From: a virus
Taxonomy: Duplodnaviria; Caudoviricetes
DNA: 26,079 bases
Reading direction: 5' to 3' (one strand)
IMG/VR virus record: IMGVR_UViG_3300032272_000064
Location: 1-26,079 of that record
The notes under the pieces were generated by a model. It made no database searches. It had not been told where the DNA came from and was given only the letters and a program-made list of their open reading frames with translations. Within the stretch, counting starts at the first letter, position 1; each line of letters begins with the position of its first letter. Positions 16,073 through 25,629 of this stretch are shown here, in pieces. The translations under genes and the position numbers were made by a program.

Positions 16073-16654
16073 ATGGCCTTCCAAATAATTTCACCCCCAG
16101 CCATCGAGCCAGTAACTTTAGCTGAAGCAAAACTCCACTGCCGCATCGACCACCCTGATGAAGATTCACTCCTCACTGGTTTAATCATCGCCGCTAGGCA
16201 GTGGATGGAGCAGGCTACCCGCCGCAGTTTCATCACCCAAACCCTGAAACTCAACCTCGCTGGGTGGCTCCAAACCATCCAACTCCCCCACCCCCCGCTA
16301 CAATCCGTTTCTAATGTAGCCTACATCAATTCAAATGGGGAAACGGTGGCAGTAGAATCAGCTAATTATACCGTTGTTTCAGCGTGCGAACCGGGTGAAA
16401 TTCTACCAAGCCAATCTTGGCCTAGCACCAGCCTAGCCCCCGGCCTACCAGTCCAAATTGAATACATCGCCGGTTATGGGGATACAGCTGATGCCGTCCC
16501 CCAACTTTACCGCCAAGCCATTTTATTGATGGTGGCCCACTGGTACGAGAATCGGGAGGCCACCTTACCGATGAACCTCCGCACCGTCCCTTTTGCAGTC
16601 CAAAGTATCATCAACATCGACCGCATCCCACCCATCAGAAACGAGGTAGCTTAA
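16073..16654 (+). CDS. Head-tail connector (gp6-like, phiE125 gp8 type)
   Basis: PAIEPVTLAEAKLHCRID...AGYG...QAILLMVAHWYENRE; ATG 16073 preferred over 16055. Confidence 0.92.
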   Translation: MAFQIISPPAIEPVTLAEAKLHCRIDHPDEDSLLTGLIIAARQWMEQATRRSFITQTLKLNLAGWLQTIQLPHPPLQSVSNVAYINSNGETVAVESANYTVVSACEPGEILPSQSWPSTSLAPGLPVQIEYIAGYGDTADAVPQLYRQAILLMVAHWYENREATLPMNLRTVPFAVQSIINIDRIPPIRNEVA

Positions 16655-16989
16655 TGCCCGCAGGTAAGTATCGCCATCGAGTCACTCTCCAGCAAGCCAC
16701 AGAGCCACAAGACAGCTACGGCCAACCCCAACAAAATTGGAGCGATGTAGCCACAATTTGGGCTAGTGTTGGGCCATTAGTGGGTAAGGAAGGCCACAGT
16801 AGCGAGGCCAACCAGACACTTGCCCAAAATACCACCCTCATCAAAACCCGCTACAAGGGCGAATTAACCACCAAAATGAGAGCCTTATTCAAGGAACAAG
16901 CCTTCAACATTACCTCAATCCAAAATATTAGCGGTCGTAGCAAAGAATTTCATTTATATTGTCAGAGGATTGAAGGCCATGAGCAATAA
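16654..16989 (+). CDS. Head closure / head-tail adaptor (SPP1 gp16-like)
   Basis: AGKYRHRVTLQ...DSYG...W..VATIWASV.P..GKE. Confidence 0.9.
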   Translation: MPAGKYRHRVTLQQATEPQDSYGQPQQNWSDVATIWASVGPLVGKEGHSSEANQTLAQNTTLIKTRYKGELTTKMRALFKEQAFNITSIQNISGRSKEFHLYCQRIEGHEQ

Positions 16990-17440
16990 ATTTAGCATCA
17001 CAGTTGAAGGCACAGCCGAAATCAACGCCGCATTAAAGCGGCTAGGGGCAGAGGCCACTGCTATTGCCACCGATGCCACAATGGCCGGTGCTGAGATAGT
17101 CCGAGCCGAGGCCGCTAAAAAAGCCGCTCAAACCAGCCAAAGATTAGCGAATGGGATGCTCAAAGAAGCCGATACCACCAAATCAAATGAGGTAACGGTC
17201 AAAGTCGGACCAGACAAGGAACTATTTTGGGGGCGATACATTGAATTTGGAGCCAGCCCCCATCACATTGCCCCCGACCAGGCTAAAGCGTTACAAATCG
17301 ACCTTAAACAATTCACTGCAAATGTCAACCACCCTGGCATAGATGCCAAGCCCTTCCTACGCCCCACCATCGACGAAACTGCGGATGCAGTACAGGCCGA
17401 GATAGCCAAGCAACTGAAGAAAAAGCTCAATTTAGAATGA
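16979..17440 (+). CDS. HK97 gp10-like tail component
   Basis: YIEFG...HPGIDAKPFLRP. Confidence 0.88.
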   Translation: MSNKFSITVEGTAEINAALKRLGAEATAIATDATMAGAEIVRAEAAKKAAQTSQRLANGMLKEADTTKSNEVTVKVGPDKELFWGRYIEFGASPHHIAPDQAKALQIDLKQFTANVNHPGIDAKPFLRPTIDETADAVQAEIAKQLKKKLNLE

Positions 17441-17814
17441 ATATCAAACAAGCTTTATTTGCCTATCTAAATAATTTGGTTGATGGTCGTATGTACCCAG
17501 GCCGATTACCTCAAGAGCCTACCTACCCCGCCATCACCTACCTGCGAGTAAGTGACAATGGCATTATAGCCCATGATGGAGCGGGTGACCTCAACACCGC
17601 TCGCTTTCAATTTGATTGCCACGGCACCCACGCCCAAGCTGATGCCACGGCCACTGCACTCCAAAAAACCTTAAACTGCTTCAGTGGCATAATGGGCGGA
17701 GAGGGGGGTGTAGAGATACACGGAGCATTTTGGAAAAATACCCACGATGCGTTTTCCGGGAAAACAAATATAGACAAAATTTCAATAGACTTTAAGATTT
17801 TATACAAGGAGTAA
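17437..17814 (+). CDS. Tail terminator/completion protein (DUF3168-like)
   Basis: GRMYP...PAITY...RFQFDC; synteny. Confidence 0.8.
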   Translation: MNIKQALFAYLNNLVDGRMYPGRLPQEPTYPAITYLRVSDNGIIAHDGAGDLNTARFQFDCHGTHAQADATATALQKTLNCFSGIMGGEGGVEIHGAFWKNTHDAFSGKTNIDKISIDFKILYKE

Positions 17815-17818
17815 AACT

Positions 17819-18277
17819 ATGTCTTACACCGGCGGTTTTGGAATAAAACTAAATATCGGCTCTGCCCCAATGGCTGACAATCCCACCTATACCCTAGCTG
17901 CCCAAGTGCAAAAAGTGGGGGATTTTGAAAGTAGTCTAGTAATGGCTGAGGTCACGGGTCACGATGCCGTAGATGGTTATGAGGAAAGCATTCCTAGCGG
18001 TAAGAAAAAACTTAAATCATTAGAACTAGAATTAGGCTTAGATATGGCCCAAGCTACCCACGCCAACAGCTCAGGTGGACTGTTACACGCCCACCAAAAT
18101 GAAACTTTATTAGCCTACCAACTCATTTATCCCGATGCCCAACAAACCACTTGGACATTTGATGCCTACCTAGAAAAATTCAGCATGGGGGCAGAGCAAG
18201 AAAAGGAATGGAAAGGCAAAGCCACCCTAAAAATCACTGGCAAACCCACTTTCAACACCACGCCCCCCGCCCCATAG
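17819..18277 (+). CDS. Major tail tube protein
   Basis: EVTGHD..DGYEESIPSG...YPD...WTFDAY...ATLKITGKPT. Confidence 0.85.
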   Translation: MSYTGGFGIKLNIGSAPMADNPTYTLAAQVQKVGDFESSLVMAEVTGHDAVDGYEESIPSGKKKLKSLELELGLDMAQATHANSSGGLLHAHQNETLLAYQLIYPDAQQTTWTFDAYLEKFSMGAEQEKEWKGKATLKITGKPTFNTTPPAP

Positions 18278-18282
18278 TTTAA

Positions 18283-18360
18283 AAGTCCCCACCTTTGGGG
18301 GGGATTTAGGGGGGGCAAAACCATTAATTATTAATTATTAACCATTAACTATTAACCATT
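18283..18360. repeat. Short palindrome with G-rich tail plus heptamer tandem repeat AAYYATT x6
   Basis: AAGTCCCCACCTTTGGGGGGATTTAGGGGGGG, then AAYYATT at 18319-18360. Confidence 0.75.
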
Positions 18361-18371
18361 AGGAGAAAACA

Positions 18372-18872
18372 ATGTCAAAAGAATCATTCATTATTGATGA
18401 TAAAGCTTTAGAATATTTAAACACAGCAGTAGTAAGATACCTAAATAGAAACGATATTTTAGGAGCCAACGATTTACCCACAGAAGATGTCAAAATCCCC
18501 GAATGGGGAGACTGTACTGTCCGTGTGAAAACCCTCACCGGTGCAGAGCGAGATGCCTTTGAAGATTTTATCACCAACCGCAACGGCAAAAAATCAAAAA
18601 TCACCACCCAAGATGCCAGAGCCAGATTGGTGGCTCGCACCGTGGTAGATGAACAAGGCAACCTAATGTTTACCCCCGACAAATACGAAATGAGACGGAG
18701 TAAACGGGCCTACATACCCGGTGACATTCCCGCCCTTACTAAAAAATCTGCTGCAGCCCTCGACCGCATCTTTGACGTTGCCATGCGACTGTGCGGCATG
18801 AAAAAAGAAGATATAGAGGAAATGACCGAAAATTTTACCGCAGGCCAGAGCGAAGATTCTATTTTAGACTAG
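18372..18872 (+). CDS. Tail assembly chaperone (lambda G-like)
   Basis: VKIPEWG...VKTLTGAERDAFE...ARLVARTVVDEQG...LDRIFDVAMRLCG. Confidence 0.88.
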   Translation: MSKESFIIDDKALEYLNTAVVRYLNRNDILGANDLPTEDVKIPEWGDCTVRVKTLTGAERDAFEDFITNRNGKKSKITTQDARARLVARTVVDEQGNLMFTPDKYEMRRSKRAYIPGDIPALTKKSAAALDRIFDVAMRLCGMKKEDIEEMTENFTAGQSEDSILD

Positions 18873-19183
18873 CTAAAGAATTGGGCTGGCCTTCAGTCGA
18901 ATGGGGCTTAAAACGCATCAATAGCCGCGAATTAACCGAATGGCAAGCCTACGCTCAAATAGAGCCATTCGGCGATGAGCGAGCCGATTTAAGAGCGGCC
19001 ATCATCGCCTGCACCATCGCCAACGCCCATCGAGACCCAGAGCAACACCCAGAGCCATTCACCCCCGCAGATTTTATGCCCCGCTTTGGCCCGCCAAGCC
19101 AAGCCGAAGCCGAAGCCGAAGCAGGGCAAAGCATCGAGCAACAAATGGCCTTGCTCAATGCCTTTATGCAAGCAAATTCATAA
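18830..19183 (+). CDS. Tail assembly chaperone extension (GT-like) via -1 frameshift
   Basis: Slippery A AAT TTT at 18830-18836; -1 frame FYFRLAKELG...SRELTEWQAY...EPFGDERADLRAAIIA. Confidence 0.8.
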   Translation, partial: KFYRRPERRFYFRLAKELGWPSVEWGLKRINSRELTEWQAYAQIEPFGDERADLRAAIIACTIANAHRDPEQHPEPFTPADFMPRFGPPSQAEAEAEAGQSIEQQMALLNAFMQANS

Positions 19184-19231
19184 AAAAGGACACAAAATAA
19201 GTTGCAGCCAATTCTATTTTGTGTCCTTTTT
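19183..19231. terminator. 17-bp stem hairpin, terminator-like, bidirectional
   Basis: AAAAAGGACACAAAATA / TATTTTGTGTCCTTTTT. Confidence 0.6.
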
Positions 19232-19247
19232 AAATAACCTCCAATTC

Positions 19248-19279
19248 TGTCATTCCCGCAGTCTTTTTAGCGGGAATCT
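19248..19279. repeat. REP-like palindrome GTCATTCCCGC...GCGGGAATCT
   Basis: ATTCCCGC/GCGGGAAT arms resemble a widespread dispersed bacterial palindrome. Confidence 0.5.
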
Positions 19280-19304
19280 ATTACCTTGAAAGCAAAAAAC
19301 GACA

Positions 19305-22300
19305 ATGGCTACAATAGGCACATTATTCGTCAACATAGGCACCAAATTAGACGGCCTCCGCAGTGGCCTCAATAACGCCAACACAATGGTTAGCCAGGCT
19401 AAAGGAAAGTTTTCAGCCCTTGGTTCAGCCATAAAAACTGGTTTAATTGGGGCAGCGGGGGCTGGCGTTGTTGCTTTGGGTGCATTGGGTGCATCAATCA
19501 CCAATACTTCATTGGAATTGAGCGATTCTATGAATCTCATCCAAGCCCGCACCGGAGCCACCACACAGGAGATGTCACATTTTCGCGATACCACCGTGAA
19601 CATCTTCAACAAAAACCTAGGCGATAGTCTCTCTGATGTAGCCGATGCCATGGGCACCGTCAAGTCGGTTACACAGGCCACCGGGGATGAACTAGAGAAC
19701 ATTGCCACTGATGGCCTAATTCTACGCAAGGTTTTTGATAAAGACATTGGTGAGAGTGTCCGAGCCGTTGATACAGCGATGGAAACCTTTGGTGATACGT
19801 CTACCACCACGTTTGACATGCTCACAACCGTCATTCAACGCACTGGCGACCCCGCCGATGACCTCCTCGATACCGTTAATGAATATGCAATTGTCCTTGA
19901 CCAAGCTGGTTTCACATCACAACAATTTTTTGGCATTTTAGAGAGCGGCCTTAACGCTGGGGCTATGAATTTTGATGTGGTAGCCGATGCAGTCAAAGAA
20001 TTTCAAATTCGGATTGTAGATGGTAGCGATACCACCACCGATGCTTTAAATGAACTCTTTGTAGCGGTTGGTGAGGGAAACCAAGAAATTGTAGATTTGC
20101 AAAACGAGTTGGGAGAAACAACCTTCGCCTTAGCTGAAAATCAAGCCGCTTTAGAAAGTGCAGAAGGGGCTTATGCTGCCAGTGAAGCAGTGGTTGATGA
20201 ATTGGGACAAGCCTTGAAAGATGCACAGCGAGAATTAAAAGGACTAGCCAGCCCTAATCTAGCGGGTATGGAAGCCTTTGACAATCAATTGTTTGCCCTA
20301 GAAATGCAAGCCAAACAAGCCAAATTAGCTCTATTAGATACCGTAAAAGGCACAGATGCCTACGATGCCGCTAAAGCCAATTTAGAAGCTATCAACACAC
20401 AGATGGACCGCATCAGCCTAGAACGTGATTTAACCATTGAACCTCAACTACGGGCTATTGAACAAGCCGCAAATGGAGCAACTGGAAGCGGGGGTAGTGG
20501 GGGGCTAGTTACGTTTGAGGAAGCTATGTCCCGTATTGCCCACAAAAAAGGCGAAATAGCCGAATTAGAAGGTGCATTTACGAGTGCAACGGCTGAAATG
20601 GAAGCCAACGGCCTCCAAGTCGAAAGCTTAACAGCCATTCAAGATGGTTTAGTTGCTAATATTGCTCAAATTGAGGCTAGTTTGGAGAGTGCGGATAATC
20701 CAGCCAGAGAATTTTTAAGCGGTTTGTCGGACGGTAGCATGACTGGAGCCGATGCGATGAGCCAGGTTATTCAAAAATTGCAAGAGGTTGAGGACCCTGT
20801 TTTGCAAAACCAAATTGGGGTTGCCTTATTTGGGTCCCTATGGGAGAATCTAGGCCCCCAAGTCATTTTAGCCCTTGACCCTGCTCAAAACGCTCTACAG
20901 GGTTTTGAGGGAGCGACCAAGGCCGCAGGAGAAGCGGTCAATCAAGGGTTGGGTCCAGCGTGGGAAACGTTCAAACGCACCGCAACCACCGCCTTATTGC
21001 CATTAGGCGACCTAATTGCCACGGGTATGAGCCTCGCTATCCCCTATCTAGTTAAGTTTGGTGATTGGTTGGCTATTGTCCTACCCGATGCCATCGCTAC
21101 TCTAGAGGGCTGGATTACAAACACCATTCTCCCCGCCCTCACCAATTTTGGCAACTGGTTCATTAATGAAGGCTGGCCTGCCCTTCAAGCCCTCCTACAG
21201 CCCATCCTAGCCCAACTGATACCAGGACTCATACAAATCGCAGAATGGGCTGGACAACTAGCCAGTGCAGTTCTACCATTGCTTTCCCAAGCTTGGCAGT
21301 GGATGGCCGATAATATGAATATTGTCCTCCCCATCCTTGGAGCCGTTGGTTTGGCAGTAATGGCCTTTACCGCCCCCATCAGCTTCGTAGTTGCGGGTAT
21401 AGCGGCCCTAGCTATGGCTTGGGCCAATAATTGGGGTGATATTCAAGGCAAAACAGCTACGTTTGTAGCGTGGTGGCAAGCCAATGTCCAGCCGTCCATC
21501 GATGAAGCTTTTGCTTGGATTGTAGACATCGCCCTCCCCACCCTTGCCGCTGCTTGGGATACAGCATGGGCAGGGGTACAAGCTGTTATCGACCGTGTTT
21601 TACCTATCCTAAAATCAGCCTTCCAAATGTTCCAAGCCGCATTTAATGGCGATTGGTATTTGTTTGGCGAGAAGTTAGGGGAAGTTTGGGACGGGGCTTG
21701 GGGGTTGATTGCTGATGTTTTGGAGGGAATCGGAGCAACATTCATTTCCTTAATGGATACCGCCATTGCAAACCTAATCGATTTTATTTTCAATACAGAC
21801 TGGGCCAGTGTTGGTTGGGGTATCATTGAGGGCATCGCTTTGGGTATCAGCAACGGTATCAGCCTCATTGAAGATGCTGCCACCGGAGCGGCCCAAGCCG
21901 CACTTGATTCAGCCAAGGGCTTTTTAGGCATCAGTTCACCCTCAACCGTCACCGAGAAAATTCTTGGGAATAATATGGTGGGGGGTATTGTAAGAGGGTT
22001 AGTTGCGGGTCGCTCATTAGTTAGCGGAGCGATGGAGAAGCTGGTCGGGGGCAATATGGTCACTGGGTTAGTGAGCCGTTTGGGGGAAGGACAGAAAAAG
22101 GTGCAGGGTGCAATCGCCAACTGGACACCGGGCAACCTTCAAAATAGAGGCCAAGCAACTGCCACAGCGTCTACCCAAGCACCAGGTCAAAATGTAGTTT
22201 TTGAAGCAGGCTCAATAGTAGTCCACGTTGGCAACGGCGACCCCGCCACCATAACCAATGCCACCGCCAACGGCGTGCTACGGGCCCTGCGAAATAGAGG

Positions 22301-22310
22301 GCTACGCTAA
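19305..22310 (+). CDS. Tape measure protein
   Basis: 1001 aa Ala/Gly-rich; DLLDTVNEY, DAVKEFQIR, GVALFG..WENLG, Trp-periodic repeats, FLGISSPS. Confidence 0.95.
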   Translation: MATIGTLFVNIGTKLDGLRSGLNNANTMVSQAKGKFSALGSAIKTGLIGAAGAGVVALGALGASITNTSLELSDSMNLIQARTGATTQEMSHFRDTTVNIFNKNLGDSLSDVADAMGTVKSVTQATGDELENIATDGLILRKVFDKDIGESVRAVDTAMETFGDTSTTTFDMLTTVIQRTGDPADDLLDTVNEYAIVLDQAGFTSQQFFGILESGLNAGAMNFDVVADAVKEFQIRIVDGSDTTTDALNELFVAVGEGNQEIVDLQNELGETTFALAENQAALESAEGAYAASEAVVDELGQALKDAQRELKGLASPNLAGMEAFDNQLFALEMQAKQAKLALLDTVKGTDAYDAAKANLEAINTQMDRISLERDLTIEPQLRAIEQAANGATGSGGSGGLVTFEEAMSRIAHKKGEIAELEGAFTSATAEMEANGLQVESLTAIQDGLVANIAQIEASLESADNPAREFLSGLSDGSMTGADAMSQVIQKLQEVEDPVLQNQIGVALFGSLWENLGPQVILALDPAQNALQGFEGATKAAGEAVNQGLGPAWETFKRTATTALLPLGDLIATGMSLAIPYLVKFGDWLAIVLPDAIATLEGWITNTILPALTNFGNWFINEGWPALQALLQPILAQLIPGLIQIAEWAGQLASAVLPLLSQAWQWMADNMNIVLPILGAVGLAVMAFTAPISFVVAGIAALAMAWANNWGDIQGKTATFVAWWQANVQPSIDEAFAWIVDIALPTLAAAWDTAWAGVQAVIDRVLPILKSAFQMFQAAFNGDWYLFGEKLGEVWDGAWGLIADVLEGIGATFISLMDTAIANLIDFIFNTDWASVGWGIIEGIALGISNGISLIEDAATGAAQAALDSAKGFLGISSPSTVTEKILGNNMVGGIVRGLVAGRSLVSGAMEKLVGGNMVTGLVSRLGEGQKKVQGAIANWTPGNLQNRGQATATASTQAPGQNVVFEAGSIVVHVGNGDPATITNATANGVLRALRNRGLR

Positions 22311-23074
22311 TGTACACAATCCACAAATTTGGCTCTACAATCCTACCCACCGCCCGCCCCACCGATGACCTTTCTACAGGCCAAGCCATTGCCCCCACCT
22401 TTCAACTACCGGGCGGGGGCATCTTTGACCCCACGGGCTTTGAAACAGCCCCCCGTGGGCCGCTCACACTATCTATAAGCCGAGTCGTATTGAATCAGGC
22501 CGAATTTGAGCATTTGCGGTCATTTCGCGGCCAACGCCAAAAACTGTGGCGTAAATGGAACAATAGCCGCGAGGATTGGACGTGGGCTAGGTGTTTGGGG
22601 TTGTCTGCCAAGCGGACAAGCGAGAACCGCAATTTTATCGAGTTTGATATGGTCTTCAGAATACTATCGCCCAACTGGTACGGAGCTAATCAGACCAGTC
22701 AAGGCGGGTCATTTAGTGGGGGGACAGCCACCATCACAGCCACTAACCAAGGCAATTGCTTCATTAATAATGCCTTGATTTTAATTACTGCACCAGCTAC
22801 CGCTACCGATACCACCACCCTCACCATTACCAAAACCGACCAAACCGAACTAATTTACACCAACACCCTAACCGCAGGTGATAATCTGATTATTGACTGC
22901 GGTATTCGCTCCATCCACAAAAATGGAGCCGATGACTACCTTAACCTTAATTTTGGTTCTAGCCACCGCCTAGCTGATTGGTTGCGTATCGAGCCAGGCT
23001 CAAATACAATCACAATTATCTTTGACGGCTCAGACCTAGACATTTACCTAAACTACTACGATGGATGGATATAA
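22310..23074 (+). CDS. Distal tail protein (Dit-like)
   Basis: Coupled to TMP (TAATG); P.WYG...TNQGN...LIID...WLRIEPGSNTI. Confidence 0.75.
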   Translation: MYTIHKFGSTILPTARPTDDLSTGQAIAPTFQLPGGGIFDPTGFETAPRGPLTLSISRVVLNQAEFEHLRSFRGQRQKLWRKWNNSREDWTWARCLGLSAKRTSENRNFIEFDMVFRILSPNWYGANQTSQGGSFSGGTATITATNQGNCFINNALILITAPATATDTTTLTITKTDQTELIYTNTLTAGDNLIIDCGIRSIHKNGADDYLNLNFGSSHRLADWLRIEPGSNTITIIFDGSDLDIYLNYYDGWI

Positions 23075-23076
23075 TT

Positions 23077-25116
23077 ATGGAATTTTGGACCGATGTACTT
23101 AATAAAAATGATGAAAAACAAGGTGATGGCCCCATTACCACCGCCACCAGCTTGAAAATCACCACTGCGATGGACCGCACCGGAGACTTTGAGCAACAGA
23201 TGCCCGCCGCTGACCCGCGAGCCGCTCTTATCCGCAGTAAAAGGCGGGGGCGATTTTGGGGCATATTAAACGGCCAACTCACCGAGTTTGGGGGGGGCGG
23301 TATTATTGATGGGGTAGGCTTTTCAGTCGCAGGCAAACAAACAATGCTCCACGTTGCCGGGGGGAGTATCGCCCGTGACTTAAAAAGCCGCTCCGTTGGT
23401 TTTCTAAAAATCCCCAATTTACCCGTAAATGAAGCCCTCACCCTCATTATGGATTTTGCTCCCCCTGGCTGGTCTTATAGCACGGCCCCCGGTGTAGCGG
23501 GGCTGGTTTATGCTCGATTTGCTGGAGAGAATATTTTACAGGCTTTAATCGCCGTTTGTGACCAATTAGGCAGTCATTTCTACCTCAACAGCTATAAAGC
23601 ACTCTATTTTACAGCCGCTCCCACTCCCGCCAACGTCCGAGCCATCCAAGCCACCGACCCTGCGGCCATCTATGATAAGCCAGAAATATGCCTCATTAAA
23701 TCCCTAAAGGTCGAGGAAGATTCCTACGACCAAGTGAATCGCATTTACCCCTTCGGCAATGGCAAAGGCGATGCCCGCCTAAACCTTAAATACTGCACCC
23801 GTACCCCACCAGCAGGTTACACCCTCAACATCGCCGAGAACTATTTACAATACGATGCTGGTGTAAACGAGGATGACATTATCGAGCAATACCTAGCCTA
23901 CAAACATATAGGCCCCATCTCCCACAGTGCCCCCGACCTCGAAAACGCTGCCAATGTTCTTTTTGACCAGGCACTCCTACAACTCAAACGCAATGCACAA
24001 CCCTACCAGAGCTACAGCCTAGAAGTTGTTGGCCTCAACAAAATCATATACCCTACCCAACTGATTCGGGTGGTCTATCGTGAGATGGTGGATAATTACC
24101 CCTTTATTGATATTGATGCCGATTTAATTATTTTGCAGACCACCACCACCATCGACCAAAACGGCCTAGCCACCACCGCCTTACAGGTAGCCACCACCGA
24201 CCGTTGGCCTAAAAATGATGTTGAGGAAATCGCCAGCCAAATGGCTGAGGGCCACACGGATACCTTTCACCCCCTCCGCTCTTTGAGTGAATCCCCTATA
24301 AGCGATGATAAACGGATTGGTCCCAATAGCCCTGTTCAATTTAAATGTAGAATTGGTCCTCATGTGGCAGAAATCAACTCAGCCACATTAGAATTTAGCA
24401 CAAAACCATTGGTTGCCAACATTGCCACCCTTGAAGCTGTGCAAGCGGTTGTTAAAAATACTGCTGATGGTGGAGCTACCACAGCTACATCTGCTGCAGG
24501 TGGTTCGGATGCTCCTACGTCAGAAGGCGGTACACCACACGGTCACACAATGGTCTTGCACAAAACCTTAGATACAACTGGTCTTACTACATTATACTGG
24601 CGTAGTTCTACAGGTGAGGTTTGCATTGTTGGCTCTGGAGCCAATGAAACATTTGATGCCCTTGATGCTGACGATACCCACCAGCACATTGTCAACATTC
24701 TCGCACACATCCACAAAGTTTCAATACCAGACCATCAACATCAATTTATTGTTCCTGAACACAATCACGAACAAATTTATGATTTATATAGTGATACGGA
24801 CTACCCCCAAAATATTTCTCTATTTATTATTGATAAAAACGGGACTAGCACTAACTTAACTGAAGAATTAGGAGGGCCTTGGGCACCAACTAATGAAGCG
24901 GTTGAAATAGAGGTCGATGTTCGGCCATACCTTGCCAATGCCCCTAGTGGTATGTGGCAAACACATAAATTTGAATTTAGATGCACGGCTGGCAAAGGAA
25001 CAATTGATTTTTATATGGACAGGGTATTAACCTTAGAAGCGATAGCAGCGTATGAATCAGAGGGTGGGATGGGTGGGCGAAAGGAGATGTCTTTTATACC
25101 ATTAGTTTTTGCCTAG
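23077..25116 (+). CDS. Tail tip/hub (Tal-like) protein with C-terminal HxH spike region
   Basis: Follows Dit; VNRIYPFG motif; five HxH motifs near the C-terminus. Confidence 0.75.
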   Translation: MEFWTDVLNKNDEKQGDGPITTATSLKITTAMDRTGDFEQQMPAADPRAALIRSKRRGRFWGILNGQLTEFGGGGIIDGVGFSVAGKQTMLHVAGGSIARDLKSRSVGFLKIPNLPVNEALTLIMDFAPPGWSYSTAPGVAGLVYARFAGENILQALIAVCDQLGSHFYLNSYKALYFTAAPTPANVRAIQATDPAAIYDKPEICLIKSLKVEEDSYDQVNRIYPFGNGKGDARLNLKYCTRTPPAGYTLNIAENYLQYDAGVNEDDIIEQYLAYKHIGPISHSAPDLENAANVLFDQALLQLKRNAQPYQSYSLEVVGLNKIIYPTQLIRVVYREMVDNYPFIDIDADLIILQTTTTIDQNGLATTALQVATTDRWPKNDVEEIASQMAEGHTDTFHPLRSLSESPISDDKRIGPNSPVQFKCRIGPHVAEINSATLEFSTKPLVANIATLEAVQAVVKNTADGGATTATSAAGGSDAPTSEGGTPHGHTMVLHKTLDTTGLTTLYWRSSTGEVCIVGSGANETFDALDADDTHQHIVNILAHIHKVSIPDHQHQFIVPEHNHEQIYDLYSDTDYPQNISLFIIDKNGTSTNLTEELGGPWAPTNEAVEIEVDVRPYLANAPSGMWQTHKFEFRCTAGKGTIDFYMDRVLTLEAIAAYESEGGMGGRKEMSFIPLVFA

Positions 25117-25490
25117 CTAGGTATTGCCTTGCTTGGCACTAAAAGTAGCTTTTCCAACCCACCACCATATTGCCCCTTCACTTCATCTTACTTCGTTTTA
25201 CTCCGTTTTACTCCGTTCAGTCGCAAAATGGTGTTGTAGCTCATAGCACAAGCAAAAAAAACACCGCCAACAATCTTCCCCAAACACACCCAACGCCTAC
25301 CCCACCCCTTGCCACGCCCGCTAAAACACAACTAAACGCTGTGTTTTACTGCGGGCTAGCAAAGGGTAATTGTTTGCGTTTATGTCCGAGATACAGGTTG
25401 TCCCCCTACCCTCCGTGTGCCTCTTACGGCACACAGCCACTTGCAACACCCCCCACAACTTTGGCTGGCTCTAGTAGGTGGTTTACAAGC

Positions 25491-25534
25491 AAAATGCCCC
25501 ACCATTGGCTTAATAGCCAATGGTGGGGCATTTT
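25491..25534. repeat. Perfect 20-bp inverted repeat
   Basis: AAAATGCCCCACCATTGGCT-TAAT-AGCCAATGGTGGGGCATTTT. Confidence 0.9.
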
Positions 25535-25552
25535 CTTCTGCACTAGTCGAAT

Positions 25553-25586
25553 AAAAAAAGGTGGTTGAAAACCAACCACCTTTTTT
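25553..25586 (-). terminator. Intrinsic terminator (bidirectional) for the minus-strand gene
   Basis: AAAAAAGGTGGTTG-AAAAC-CAACCACCTTTTTT. Confidence 0.8.
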
Positions 25587-25629
25587 CTTTATGTGTGCCA
25601 CCTCCTACGTGGAAAATCTACAATTTCAT

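Larger units (their letters stand above)
1564..25116 (+). mobile_element. Siphovirus-type (HK97-like, cos-packaging) prophage; boundaries not determined, left regulatory region 1-1560 may belong to it
   Basis: Co-oriented replication, packaging, head and non-contractile tail genes in canonical order; no att sites identified. Confidence 0.93.

Noticed and set aside
21443-22135. Long antisense ORFs within tape measure and other structural genes
   Set aside because: Typical shadow frames of well-supported plus-strand genes
25150-25271. TTTCCAAC and CACCGCCAA matching the sRNA loop motifs near 1300-1345
   Set aside because: Short matches in inconsistent orientation about 110 bp apart; likely chance
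25491-25534. Protelomerase/hairpin telomere site or CRESS origin
   Set aside because: The centre is asymmetric (TAAT), there is no TAATATTAC-type nonanucleotide, and no cognate enzyme is in the window
25170-25601. ORFs 25170-25568 (+) and 25380-25601 (-)
   Set aside because: They run through multiple hairpins and a terminator and have low-complexity translations; the minus ORF has an SD-like GGAGG but too close to its GTG
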